Sequence record: NC_027402.1
DNA: 64,000 bases
Strand: one strand, 5' to 3'
The translations under genes and the position numbers were made by a program. Numbering within the stretch: the stretch's first letter is position 1; each line of letters begins with the position of its first letter. The notes beneath the pieces are model-generated. The model had not been told where the DNA came from, searched no databases, and saw nothing but the letters and a program-made list of their open reading frames with translations. Shown in pieces: positions 44,891 to 54,960 of the stretch.

Positions 44891-46620
44891 GCATGGAAAT
44901 GACAGGTAACGCCACCCACCCCAAATGGCGTTTGGGGGAGATCGGTGAAGTCCTGCGTTCACGTATGGCCGAGCGTATTGATTCTGTCAACCAGCTCAAT
45001 CTGTACATGCAACGCAACGAAGCTGACTTAATCTACGGCTCTCGACTGATTCTGCAAATTGACGCGATTCTTGACGAAGTGCGTCGCGCAGGTCTGTCGA
45101 AAGATGTCGCTGTCGCTGTTGAATCTTCTCGCCCAGGTACAATTCCCGAAGCCGTTCGCAAAATCCTGACTTCGAACTATACCCGCACGCACCAGAAAGA
45201 GACTATTGTTGCGCTCGAATCCTGGGCAAATGCAGGTAAAGTGGGATTGGTTGTGCTGATCATGACCGCGATTATCAAAATCATCGGTTGGATTATCAGC
45301 AACGGTAACGGGTTTGCTGGTAATGGCGAATTCGACGGCGAAGGTTACGCTGAGAAAGTCGGCGAAAAAGCAGAGAGTTTCTCCCAGACCGAAAATACCA
45401 TCATCGGTCAGCTGAAAATCAGCGCAGTGAAAGATGCATACATCGAAGCCTCTAAGGGTCTGAAAGGTCGTGACCTGGAAAACCTGAACTTGGCTATCGC
45501 GATGGCCGACGAAGTGTTTACGAACATGAACGCGGAAGAGTATCTGAACGACTTGAGCAGCGCGCTGGGTCGTTCGCCGTTCACTGAGTTGTTCAAAGGC
45601 TACACTAAGAAACGTCAGTCAAGCCAGCAGGTTATTCACGATCTGTTAGACACCCTGTTACAACACAACGTGACGTACGGTATCTACCCGATTGAAGTGG
45701 GTAAGAAAGCCTGGCAGGCGTTACCGAAGTCTGCTCGCGAAGCCGGTGTGCGTATTCCGAACCTGTTGAACTTCCATCAGATGTCGAATGTTGCCAGCGA
45801 ACTTATCGGTTACTTTGGCTCGCTCCAGAGTGCCTTTAAAGCGATGATTGACCCAAGCGTCGCCGAAGGTTTTAAGAATCAGCAAGGTTCAACCACCACG
45901 CACAACGGTAAGCAAGTTAACAAAGCAGCACACGACACCGCGCTTATTTTCGGTCAGGCGTTAGCGCAGCTGAACACCACGATGAACTTCATCATCAGCG
46001 ACGTTTCCCGCAAAGGATTCGAATACGCTACTGCACCTTTGGTCGTTATCCCAGAAAACAAAGTTCGTGGTTTGGTGGGTCATGACGATGGTGTGGACTT
46101 CGTGCCTGGTAAGGTATTGGTCAACGCACAAGCATCTGCGTTCTTGGGACGCGAGTGCTTAGAGCAAATGCGTCAGGCAGGCACGTTATCGGTTGGTGAC
46201 GAACGTGAGTTGCTGGCTGTAGTGGTAACGTTAGGTAAACAAGGCTTTACCAACGACACCGCTGCGACTAACCTGAATCGTTACAGTGCACTGGATAAGG
46301 CGGTTAACAACACGATTAAAGTGTTGGAGCAGTTCCAGAAAGCAACCAAGGATAACGTTGAATACGTTAACCTGATTAGCGAAGTCATCATGAATGAGCT
46401 TAATCAGCCTTCTGGCCTGCGTACCGACGGTCGTGAACTCTCGATGGTGTTATTCTCCCCAGACGGGGATGAAGACCTCTTCGTCGGCTTGCGACGTAAC
46501 CTGTCTTTGGTGCGTCGTTGTTGCGGTGCTGCCGCTACACTGCAGACGATACTGAACCTGGCCAAACGTAACCCGTTGGTGAAAGGCAATAATCGCAAAA
46601 ATATGCTTGACGGCGAATAA
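44887..46620 (+). CDS. Internal head/ejection protein (gp47)
   Basis: AVE-79 and ALE-111 AxE sites followed by a hydrophobic helix. Confidence 0.7.
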   Translation: MSMEMTGNATHPKWRLGEIGEVLRSRMAERIDSVNQLNLYMQRNEADLIYGSRLILQIDAILDEVRRAGLSKDVAVAVESSRPGTIPEAVRKILTSNYTRTHQKETIVALESWANAGKVGLVVLIMTAIIKIIGWIISNGNGFAGNGEFDGEGYAEKVGEKAESFSQTENTIIGQLKISAVKDAYIEASKGLKGRDLENLNLAIAMADEVFTNMNAEEYLNDLSSALGRSPFTELFKGYTKKRQSSQQVIHDLLDTLLQHNVTYGIYPIEVGKKAWQALPKSAREAGVRIPNLLNFHQMSNVASELIGYFGSLQSAFKAMIDPSVAEGFKNQQGSTTTHNGKQVNKAAHDTALIFGQALAQLNTTMNFIISDVSRKGFEYATAPLVVIPENKVRGLVGHDDGVDFVPGKVLVNAQASAFLGRECLEQMRQAGTLSVGDERELLAVVVTLGKQGFTNDTAATNLNRYSALDKAVNNTIKVLEQFQKATKDNVEYVNLISEVIMNELNQPSGLRTDGRELSMVLFSPDGDEDLFVGLRRNLSLVRRCCGAAATLQTILNLAKRNPLVKGNNRKNMLDGE

Positions 46621-46663
46621 AATAAAAGGCTACCCTCTCCTTCGGGAGAGGGTAGTGCTTTTT
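46621..46663. terminator. Bidirectional terminator
   Basis: CTACCCTCTCC-TTCG-GGAGAGGGTAG with flanking A/T runs. Confidence 0.9.
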
Positions 46664-49622
46664 ATTCTTTTTCGGTATCGTGACGGTTGTACGACAGTAC
46701 GATGTCATCTTTCAAACCGATGTCGCCATTGGCTTCGATATCGAGCTTCTTACCAATCGTGGCACGTGCCGCTTCGGTAATGACAGTGAACAGTCGCAGG
46801 TCTTTATCTGGCCCCATGTCGTCGAGTTCAACACCGATAATGGCATCGTTAAGCGTGGTGCGTAGCGCATTACCAATCTCGGTTGCTGAAACGGTCAGAT
46901 GTGTTGACAGATAATCGTTAATGACTTGCGAAGTCCGTTTCCGGATTTGTGCCAGAAGCTCGCTGTTTGCGCGGTTCGCTGCCGTGAGGTAATATTTGAC
47001 AGTGAACTGGTTTTCAGCAGGCAGTGGTGACACAACCCCGTCTTCGGTACGTACATCGATATAACCCATCGTGGTGATAGGAACAAAGAAGCCTTCAGTT
47101 TGCTCCAACAGCAGCGGTTTCAGATTAGGCAGTACCACCGTAACATAGTTGATGATGTTGTCAATTACGCTATCAAGGTACGTTTTAACCGCCTTCGAGG
47201 TTGCGAACTTATAACGGGCATCAAAGACAGCCATTTCACTACGGAACTTAATACTGCGCGGTTTCGCAATAATAGGCTGACCGTTCCCGTCGAAGATTTG
47301 CTCCCCAACGTGGTGTGCGATTTCTTGTTCACCGGTGGCCGGGTCTATTTTCGGATCGCCTTTACGATGCAGGTACGTGATTTGCAACGGTGGAACAGCA
47401 TTAGGGTCGTACGTATATTCAGGCGTTACACCGTCGTCTTTGGTTTTAATAACATCCTTTTCCCAATACGCCAGAACGTCCTTCTGGTAGTATTCGTAGT
47501 TGATGCTGTCCGTTACTGCACGTGCTTTTCGCCAGTAATAGGACATGGCTTTACCCAGCTCGATTTTGAAAATCTCATGAGTAATCCCAATACCATCGCG
47601 CGCAGGCGGTACAATCATTGTATCCATTTCAGCGCGTTCGTAATTACCGGGGTAGTAACCCGTACAGCCGTAGAACACGTTATACTCGGTTAACAACGGT
47701 GCAGGTGTGTCCACATCCACTTCGGTGGTGATTCGGGTGTTGTTGATAATCAGCTCATCGTTACGGTCAACATCGAGATTGGTTTTCAACAAGAATTCCC
47801 ATACACGCTCCGAACCTTGACGACCCACTAAGGTGCCGTTGATGTACGCCAACTTACCGTCTGCGTTGCGTGGCGAGAAGGAAATCTGTGCAAAGACTTG
47901 GTCATCACTTAACGCCTGGTATGGCGGTTCTGACTTAGTCACAGTGCGCAGGATATAACCTTCGCTCGTTTTCTCAATCTGATAATCTGCAGTGACAACA
48001 CTCAGCTCCGTTGTCACGTTGGTGCTAACGAAACGTTTTGAGTTCAACTGCGGTTTATCGAGTTGGTAAATACGAACATCGCAAGATTTGTTGTTAATGT
48101 CCACCACGTAATGGAACGGTGTGAACAGGTAATGGTTAGTGTTACCCGCGTTAACCAAATCTTCTTTACGCATGGTCTTCGCAAGGATGGTCATCTCCGC
48201 ATCGATTTGCAGACTGGTATCCGTAAAGCGATACAGCGTATCCGGCTCAATCGTCAAACGGTTGCCGTTAATACGGACCGTCGGCAGTTTCACCAGTTCA
48301 TCCCAGCTAAAGTACAGCGGGGCGGTGATGGTCCCGATAGGGGAACTCACTTTAGATAACGTGGACTCCGGCATCGGCGCAGTCAGGAAGTAAGTACGCC
48401 CAGTTACGTAATCGTTCGGCTTGGACAAGGTCAGGCCGTAATCCGATACTGTGGCTTCTAACTGTTTCTCTGTTACTGGCAGTTTGCGAATCCCCACTGC
48501 ATTGTTTACCACACGGTCACGCAACTCATCAAACGAAAGTTGTGTACGCCCCCCAGTGGCGTAACTGCCTTCTTCCGCAACCAACATTTTGATGGAGAAT
48601 GATTTCAACGGGTTGATGTATCCCGCATCGTATTCACCGTTCAAGTCGCGCAATGAGAAGGTGTACTCGTCCGCCGGAAATGCAGAAACGTCGAGGTCGA
48701 GTGGCCCGATGGTCGTATATACGTCCATGCGGATTTCACCACTTACCAGGTTCTTCGCCATGTAGATAGACGGTATCGTACAGCGAATGGATTGGTTAAC
48801 GACTTGAATCAGCGCCGTAGGTGTGTTTGGATCGTAAACGTCACGACTGTGCGTGTGATGGATTTCTGTCCAGGTGTTTGAATTGGACGGTTTATTCCAC
48901 ACCCGTGCGTAGAAGAACTTGTTGGTGAACGTGCGCGTCATCACAAACGTGTTCTGCCCCAACAACGTATCGTTCTCGTCCTTTACACTGTACTGCATCA
49001 CCGGAATACGGATAGCCAGTATCTGCGACGGTGTGCTAGGAACACTTGTCAGCTCCCAGTCCAACGCGTTAGTGGTTACGGGCGATATCGGTGACTGGGT
49101 TTCGGTAATCCACAAGACCTGGAAGGCTGGATTATCAACGGTACCATACGGCAGCACTCGAATTTCGATGGGATACTGAATGGCAAAGTTGTAACCTGAA
49201 ACAGTAAAGACGGTATCCCGTGGAATCACGACTTTACGAATACCTGCCACGTTTAACGGCATCGCCTTCGCTAATAGAGAGTCGACATCTAGAAGCAGCA
49301 GTAAGGTCGCTTGTGATGGCTGGGCAAAAACATCGACATAATCCACGTCAGACATGTGGCGGAACAGATCATCGTGAGTTTGTGCCATAGAGGGGAACAT
49401 TTTCGGAATGGTGTCCCGATCGCCCTGGATAATCGTGTGGCCCATCGTAATTCCGACTTCGGTCATGTAGACCACCGGGTCGGTCGGGTCACGTAGCAGG
49501 ATTTGCCCGTCGGCGTCCTGCACGTCTTGGAGCTGGTTCAGCATTAATGACTGCATTGCTGATGGGTTATGTGCCATCAGTAGCAAGTCTTTCGATAATG
49601 CGTCGTACGTTTTCGTAGTCAT
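46662..49622 (-). CDS. Baseplate wedge protein, baseplate-J/T4 gp6-like (gp48)
   Basis: GGRTQLSFDELRDRV...PVTEKQLEA resembles the J-family GG..E....R.R..VT motif; 986 aa. Confidence 0.65.
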   Translation of the reverse strand: MTTKTYDALSKDLLLMAHNPSAMQSLMLNQLQDVQDADGQILLRDPTDPVVYMTEVGITMGHTIIQGDRDTIPKMFPSMAQTHDDLFRHMSDVDYVDVFAQPSQATLLLLLDVDSLLAKAMPLNVAGIRKVVIPRDTVFTVSGYNFAIQYPIEIRVLPYGTVDNPAFQVLWITETQSPISPVTTNALDWELTSVPSTPSQILAIRIPVMQYSVKDENDTLLGQNTFVMTRTFTNKFFYARVWNKPSNSNTWTEIHHTHSRDVYDPNTPTALIQVVNQSIRCTIPSIYMAKNLVSGEIRMDVYTTIGPLDLDVSAFPADEYTFSLRDLNGEYDAGYINPLKSFSIKMLVAEEGSYATGGRTQLSFDELRDRVVNNAVGIRKLPVTEKQLEATVSDYGLTLSKPNDYVTGRTYFLTAPMPESTLSKVSSPIGTITAPLYFSWDELVKLPTVRINGNRLTIEPDTLYRFTDTSLQIDAEMTILAKTMRKEDLVNAGNTNHYLFTPFHYVVDINNKSCDVRIYQLDKPQLNSKRFVSTNVTTELSVVTADYQIEKTSEGYILRTVTKSEPPYQALSDDQVFAQISFSPRNADGKLAYINGTLVGRQGSERVWEFLLKTNLDVDRNDELIINNTRITTEVDVDTPAPLLTEYNVFYGCTGYYPGNYERAEMDTMIVPPARDGIGITHEIFKIELGKAMSYYWRKARAVTDSINYEYYQKDVLAYWEKDVIKTKDDGVTPEYTYDPNAVPPLQITYLHRKGDPKIDPATGEQEIAHHVGEQIFDGNGQPIIAKPRSIKFRSEMAVFDARYKFATSKAVKTYLDSVIDNIINYVTVVLPNLKPLLLEQTEGFFVPITTMGYIDVRTEDGVVSPLPAENQFTVKYYLTAANRANSELLAQIRKRTSQVINDYLSTHLTVSATEIGNALRTTLNDAIIGVELDDMGPDKDLRLFTVITEAARATIGKKLDIEANGDIGLKDDIVLSYNRHDTEKE

Positions 49623-50884
49623 TACAGTAAGCCCGCTCGTTTAAGGATGAATTGGTAATCTGCCTGATAAACATACCAGGTCAGTTTACGACGCAGGGAG
49701 TCGATGTGCGGATAGCCGTAGTAGTTGAACAGCGGTAGTAGCTGTGGTGCAATCGGCACAAGCTGGTCTTCAGCAATCGGGATAAAGTTGCCCGCTGCAA
49801 CGCTCCCTGGTTGCGGCATCATATCCGGGTTAAACATAGACACCGTCAAGTTGAACATCTCCATGTACAATGGGTCATCGAAGCGCGCCCCGATGCATTG
49901 CCAGTTGAGGTTAATTGTGGTGTCGTCATTTAATTGAGGCTTGGTGTTATCGACATTCGCCATTTGACCGGCGTTATCGTTCATTGGCCAACAAACACAC
50001 GCTGTCCAGAAACGAGTGATGTTTCCGAGCGCGTCGTATTTAAACCCGTACATCCTCGACTGGTAGTCAATGCGACGCTGGATGGAATTACGCATCTTCG
50101 GTTTGAACTTACCCATCTTAATGCCGGACATATATTCCAGCCACACGCCCATCATTCGCATGATAGGGTTGCCGTATGGGTTGTTCAGCGACATTGACAT
50201 GCTGTACTGGTTATTGATTTCATGTGTGGAGTCAACCATACCCCACTGTTCGCGCATTAAACCTTCTTCAGACATCCAGTTATCGACAGACTGGTCAGGC
50301 ATCCCCGAGAGGCTCAGCATCTGCGTACTCAGCAATGGTATGAATGCCTGAAGATTGTCAAACATAATGTCCTTCATGAATGGCGTGCCCAAACGGTTCT
50401 TTCTTCGCCCGTCTTCCATCGGTGAATCAGAGAACCCCAATTCAAAATCTGGGTCTAACGCTGCCAGAATGGAATAGTCGAGTGACGATTTCGGCTGAGA
50501 AGCCATGTTCGACATCTTGCGCGAGTTGGCAATGTTGTCAAAGCACAAGTTGAAGTCAGGGCGGGTAATGAAGGTTAGGCCACCGTACTCACGGTTAACA
50601 GGCGTCGGGTTCGACGCCATCATATGGTTGAACCCCATGTAGGGGTTGGTCACACGCTGCGCAGCCAGACCCAAACCTAACGTAAGACGGATACGGTCAT
50701 TCCAACCCGATAACTCATCATTAACGTTGTACGCCGTGGTGGGTTTCGCATCGGACAGTCGACGGTCAAAGTAGTCGGCGACCGATGGTACTGCATCGAT
50801 ATTATTCGGGTTTTGATACGAATTGTCGTAGTCGGTATTCGGGTCATACCCCGGATCGTTCTTATCGGTCTCGTTACTCATCAT
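49622..50884 (-). CDS. Virion protein, possibly tail-tube-fold baseplate component (gp49)
   Basis: Coupled to gp48; WTACVCWPMND pattern is typical of tube-like proteins. Confidence 0.55.
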   Translation of the reverse strand: MMSNETDKNDPGYDPNTDYDNSYQNPNNIDAVPSVADYFDRRLSDAKPTTAYNVNDELSGWNDRIRLTLGLGLAAQRVTNPYMGFNHMMASNPTPVNREYGGLTFITRPDFNLCFDNIANSRKMSNMASQPKSSLDYSILAALDPDFELGFSDSPMEDGRRKNRLGTPFMKDIMFDNLQAFIPLLSTQMLSLSGMPDQSVDNWMSEEGLMREQWGMVDSTHEINNQYSMSMSLNNPYGNPIMRMMGVWLEYMSGIKMGKFKPKMRNSIQRRIDYQSRMYGFKYDALGNITRFWTACVCWPMNDNAGQMANVDNTKPQLNDDTTINLNWQCIGARFDDPLYMEMFNLTVSMFNPDMMPQPGSVAAGNFIPIAEDQLVPIAPQLLPLFNYYGYPHIDSLRRKLTWYVYQADYQFILKRAGLL

Positions 50885-50906
50885 TAACTCCGGAGTTTAG
50901 TTAAAA

Positions 50907-52025
50907 ATGGCAGAAAAAACATTTGAGACATCGCTCGTCTCCTTTCTTTCTAAGTTTCCCATGCTGCTTCGCCAGCGGGCGGAATCGACGGAAGAATTCA
51001 ACTCTGTGCTGTACAACGAGCACACCACGCTGGTTGAACAAAGTCTGTTGGGCTTAGATTACCTGCCAGGTATTCTGGAGAAAATCCAAATCCTGCTCGC
51101 GGGCAACCAACTTACCGCCATCTCAATTCTGGTAGGTGTTCCTGAGGTTGATATCCTTGGTACGCTTGACCAGGTTAGCACCCGTCGTAATGCCCTCGAC
51201 GCGGCTGCACGTTCGGGTTCTCGCTTAGCGTCTTTCGCAATCGGCGAGTCCTCCCGTCACGCGCTGCCGTCATACGATAAAATCGGGCTTGCGGTCGGTG
51301 AATCCCGTCGCCAGAAATCCGATAACAAAGTAGCGACTGAATCGTCCGCAGGTTCTGTGCTGCCGAACAACACGCTGAAGCTCCTGCACGATCAAGAAGG
51401 TCTGTCCAACGGTAAAGTGTTCTCTGTTACCTTCGAACGTGACGGTAATAAAGTCGAGCTGCCGATGCGTCTGCGTCTTGATGTGAAGTCTCTGCCGACC
51501 GACGAAATGAAAACGCTCATCGCGTTCAGCGATCAAACCAAAACCTTCTGGGAACGTGTGCTGCGTGCGAAGGTCGGTTCTCTCAGCTACGCGAAAGATA
51601 TCGCGCTGTGTAATGACCTCATTGAAGAATACCGTAAGAACCGCTTCCGTGATAAGTCCGGTTATTACCGTAAGATGATGGAAAAGAAAAACGCCAACTG
51701 GCTGTCTGGCCTGCTGACGCTGAGCCCATCCATCAACAACGCGTCTTCGGTTATGGTGGTTTCTCAAGAAACTATCGACGATCTGACTGCTCAGCTGGGC
51801 GGTGACTTCGATGATTACAATATCCGCCAGCGTGTGTTCAAAGACACCCTGACCGTTTACTACGTGGTTGTCGACCAGACCTGGAACCGTGTAACCATTT
51901 ATACGCGTGGTCAGACCGGGTCTCAAGAACTCGACAAATCAGACTTTAGCAAGGCGAAGTCCGGTAGCGGCGATGTAAACAAAATCATCGATGCCTATCG
52001 CGTCGGCGCGAATCCGGTACTGTAA
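50907..52025 (+). CDS. Abundant internal head protein (gp50; phiKZ gp89-like)
   Basis: ATE-145 and IGE/VGE sites; strong codon bias; synteny. Confidence 0.65.
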   Translation: MAEKTFETSLVSFLSKFPMLLRQRAESTEEFNSVLYNEHTTLVEQSLLGLDYLPGILEKIQILLAGNQLTAISILVGVPEVDILGTLDQVSTRRNALDAAARSGSRLASFAIGESSRHALPSYDKIGLAVGESRRQKSDNKVATESSAGSVLPNNTLKLLHDQEGLSNGKVFSVTFERDGNKVELPMRLRLDVKSLPTDEMKTLIAFSDQTKTFWERVLRAKVGSLSYAKDIALCNDLIEEYRKNRFRDKSGYYRKMMEKKNANWLSGLLTLSPSINNASSVMVVSQETIDDLTAQLGGDFDDYNIRQRVFKDTLTVYYVVVDQTWNRVTIYTRGQTGSQELDKSDFSKAKSGSGDVNKIIDAYRVGANPVL

Positions 52026-52035
52026 GGGGAAAAGA

Positions 52036-52968
52036 ATGCCGATTCCGAATATGTTGGCGATGTTGCTGCCGAGCTTCGAAGCCACGAACTTAAAAAACCA
52101 ACTGTCATCTAACTGCGACTCGATTGCTGCGTTAGAGCCACAGTTCCAGAACCTCCAGGAACTGGTGGGAAGTGTCCAGGGCAAGCCATTTAAAGCGAAG
52201 CCTGTTGCAGACCTTTCTACTGAAATCGTTAAGTACCTGCATAGCTCCGGTTTGGAAGTTAAAGGGTTACGTAACGCAAGTATGCTGGAGTACGTCATCG
52301 CGTCTATGCAGAACGTACAGGCGCTGCGACCTTTCCTGGAGCAGTGTATCGACCGTGACATCGGGAAAACGTTGGTGACATCATCTCTAACGTTCAACAA
52401 ACAAACCGTGTTGCAGTTGCTGGATATGATCGAATTCTTCGTCGGTTACGCTAGCACCCTGATTAACTACATCACGGCCGAAGAGATTGCCGCTGTACAA
52501 GACTCGAACATTGCAGTGAAGGGAATCGGTCCGAAAGACCTTCAGTATCTGCAAACTCGTAAGACGTCTTTCTGTATTGCGGTGCGCGTCCTGGCAACCC
52601 CCATTACCAAACTGAAAGCAGACTACGCTGAGATACCCGAAGCGGTGTTTGACGAAGAGACATATAGCCAACTGGTTCAGCAGTTCGGTTCGAACACCAC
52701 TGACCCGCTGGGTATGTCCTCCGTCCCGTTCCCGCTGTCGATCATCTACCGCGTGCGTCTGAATATTGCAGAATGGCAAATGGATCGTTATGACGAGTGC
52801 GTGGAAGCCGCGAAAGCGACTGAACTGCGTATTCTGTTGTACAAGAAACAACTGGCTGCCGGTGAAGGGGACGTGCACATTGAGAAACTCATCGAAGCGC
52901 ACGAAAAGCGTTTGATGGAACTCAAGTACAAACGTGAACGTCTGGAGAAAAAATACGGTCTGGTCTAA
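52036..52968 (+). CDS. Internal head protein (gp51; phiKZ gp90-like)
   Basis: SD AAGGGG before the ATG at 52036; synteny. Confidence 0.65.
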   Translation: MPIPNMLAMLLPSFEATNLKNQLSSNCDSIAALEPQFQNLQELVGSVQGKPFKAKPVADLSTEIVKYLHSSGLEVKGLRNASMLEYVIASMQNVQALRPFLEQCIDRDIGKTLVTSSLTFNKQTVLQLLDMIEFFVGYASTLINYITAEEIAAVQDSNIAVKGIGPKDLQYLQTRKTSFCIAVRVLATPITKLKADYAEIPEAVFDEETYSQLVQQFGSNTTDPLGMSSVPFPLSIIYRVRLNIAEWQMDRYDECVEAAKATELRILLYKKQLAAGEGDVHIEKLIEAHEKRLMELKYKRERLEKKYGLV

Positions 52969-52991
52969 GACCGTATTATCAGGAGAGTCTC

Positions 52992-53549
52992 ATGTTTGAC
53001 AATGACCAGAATTTTAACCTCGCCGAGAAGTTGATTAAAAACTACATGGCGAAACTGACCCAAAACCCCGTGCTGGTTCATGACGACGAACTGATACATG
53101 AAACCCTGGAAGCTGCAGCCGTTGTGTTGCCGTATTTCCGCATGATGGGCGCTGACTCTGTCCAACAAGTATTATATGACGAATATCCGCAGGTCGGTTT
53201 TACGTTTAATACGTTCTATAACGAAACTGCATCGTTCATACTTGACGGTAAACGCCGTACAGTGTCAACAGGACAGTGGTCCGTTCTTCTGGTATCGTAC
53301 ATGAACGATATCCACTCTACTAAGCAAGTAGAGCGAACCGGTTCTCTGGGCTCACGACTTCTTGCTGCGGCTTACGGTCGTAGTGGGCAAGTTCGCCGTA
53401 TGGGAACTGCGCATCAGACGTACACGCCTGACCGGCGTCTATTATCTTATGCAGACCACGAACTGCTGGCACGTTGGTTGACACGTCCGAACGGGTTATC
53501 CGATATGATCTCGTCGTTAGCAGTGTTTTTAAAAATCGCACGTCCCTAA
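52992..53549 (+). CDS. Virion head protein (gp52)
   Basis: SD AGGAG; synteny. Confidence 0.65.
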   Translation: MFDNDQNFNLAEKLIKNYMAKLTQNPVLVHDDELIHETLEAAAVVLPYFRMMGADSVQQVLYDEYPQVGFTFNTFYNETASFILDGKRRTVSTGQWSVLLVSYMNDIHSTKQVERTGSLGSRLLAAAYGRSGQVRRMGTAHQTYTPDRRLLSYADHELLARWLTRPNGLSDMISSLAVFLKIARP

Positions 53550-53605
53550 GGGGGCCCCTTATCTAGGGGCGTGTAATTGGGTTATAACCAAAGGAACCGA
53601 AACAA

Positions 53606-54883
53606 ATGGCAAACTTTGTAAAAAGTAAACTCGCCCGCGAGTCCGTTGAAGCTACCGGCGACGTAATCGACGGTCTGAGCAACGTTGAACCGGCAGAAGA
53701 GAACATCGACGTTCAGCTGGCAGAAGTTGCGTCTATCGACGGTCAGCTGGAACAGCTCGATGGTGACCAGGAAACTCTGGCTGCTGATACCGAGCGTACC
53801 GAAGCTGCTATCGACGCTGCTGACGAAAAAATCGAAAACGGTGAAGAGATGCCTGAAGAAGCCATCGCTCACACCGAAGTGGCGCAGGAATCTATCCGTA
53901 AGCGTTGGGCTATCGATCGTACCAAACTGGCACGCGAATCTTATCGCCGTGGCCGTGGCATGACCAAAGCAGCTCAGGAAGGCTGGAAAGAAACCCTGAA
54001 AGATCTGTTCGAACGCTTCGTTGAACTGTGTAAAGCAGTTATCGCGAAAGCGAAAGAGCTGAAACTGAAGTACATCAACGTTGGTAAGTCCGCGCAGAAA
54101 CGTGCGAAAGCTTACCAGGAGATGCTGCGTAAGCTCGGCAAACAGAAGAAAGAAAACATTTCTGGTGGCTTTATTAGCAAACTGTCTATCGAAGGTGAAT
54201 TCGATGTGGCCAACTCTATCGCTATCGCGAAAGAGCTGACCGGCGGTAAAGCGAAAGATGCTATCAACAAGCTGTCCTCTCAGGCGGCTGACTCTGCTGT
54301 AGCGATCACTAAAACTTCAGACGGTACCGCAACCGCTGCTAAAGGCGCTGTTGACGTTGCCCTGTTTGGTACCGCTGCGAAGAAACTGCGCGCACTGCCG
54401 CAATTCGAAGACGGCGAAGGCGGTCAGAAAGTTCTGGCACTGCCAGGCAACGCCTATGTACAGACCGGTAGCAAAACTCTGGCAGGCGGTCAGGAATTCA
54501 CCGCAGTGGCCTTCCTGTCGACGGGTGACGTTTCTGAAACGAAAGAAATCGCTACTCCGGCTATTTCTGCACTGGCATCTGCTGCGTCTGCCCTGGACGT
54601 TATCGGTAAAGGCTTCGAGAAAGTCCTGCAAGACTTCCGCAGCTACGACGCCGACGTTGAGAAACTGGAAGAGGCTGCTGCCAAAGCTGCTGCCGCTCTG
54701 AAAAAATCCAACGACGAAGGCGAGTGGGAAGCGCTGCGTAATGCACGCACTGCAGCTGACCAGGCTGTGCGTAACTACCAGACTCTGAACCGTGCTGTGG
54801 CTCACGTTGGTAACACTGTTATCAGCGGCCTGAACGGCTACATCGGCGCTGGTATTGGCGCGTACGAAAAGTCTAAAGCTTAA
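53606..54883 (+). CDS. Major head ejection/inner-body protein (gp53; phiKZ gp93 family)
   Basis: Acidic propeptide with ARE-12, AQE-95, ARE-111, AQE-125; paralog of the next gene. Confidence 0.85.
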   Translation: MANFVKSKLARESVEATGDVIDGLSNVEPAEENIDVQLAEVASIDGQLEQLDGDQETLAADTERTEAAIDAADEKIENGEEMPEEAIAHTEVAQESIRKRWAIDRTKLARESYRRGRGMTKAAQEGWKETLKDLFERFVELCKAVIAKAKELKLKYINVGKSAQKRAKAYQEMLRKLGKQKKENISGGFISKLSIEGEFDVANSIAIAKELTGGKAKDAINKLSSQAADSAVAITKTSDGTATAAKGAVDVALFGTAAKKLRALPQFEDGEGGQKVLALPGNAYVQTGSKTLAGGQEFTAVAFLSTGDVSETKEIATPAISALASAASALDVIGKGFEKVLQDFRSYDADVEKLEEAAAKAAAALKKSNDEGEWEALRNARTAADQAVRNYQTLNRAVAHVGNTVISGLNGYIGAGIGAYEKSKA

Positions 54884-54960
54884 TCCGCTTTACGTACTGA
54901 ACGTCAGTTGACAAATCATTAATGGCGGTACACGGCGTACCGCCTAGAGGATAGAAAAAG

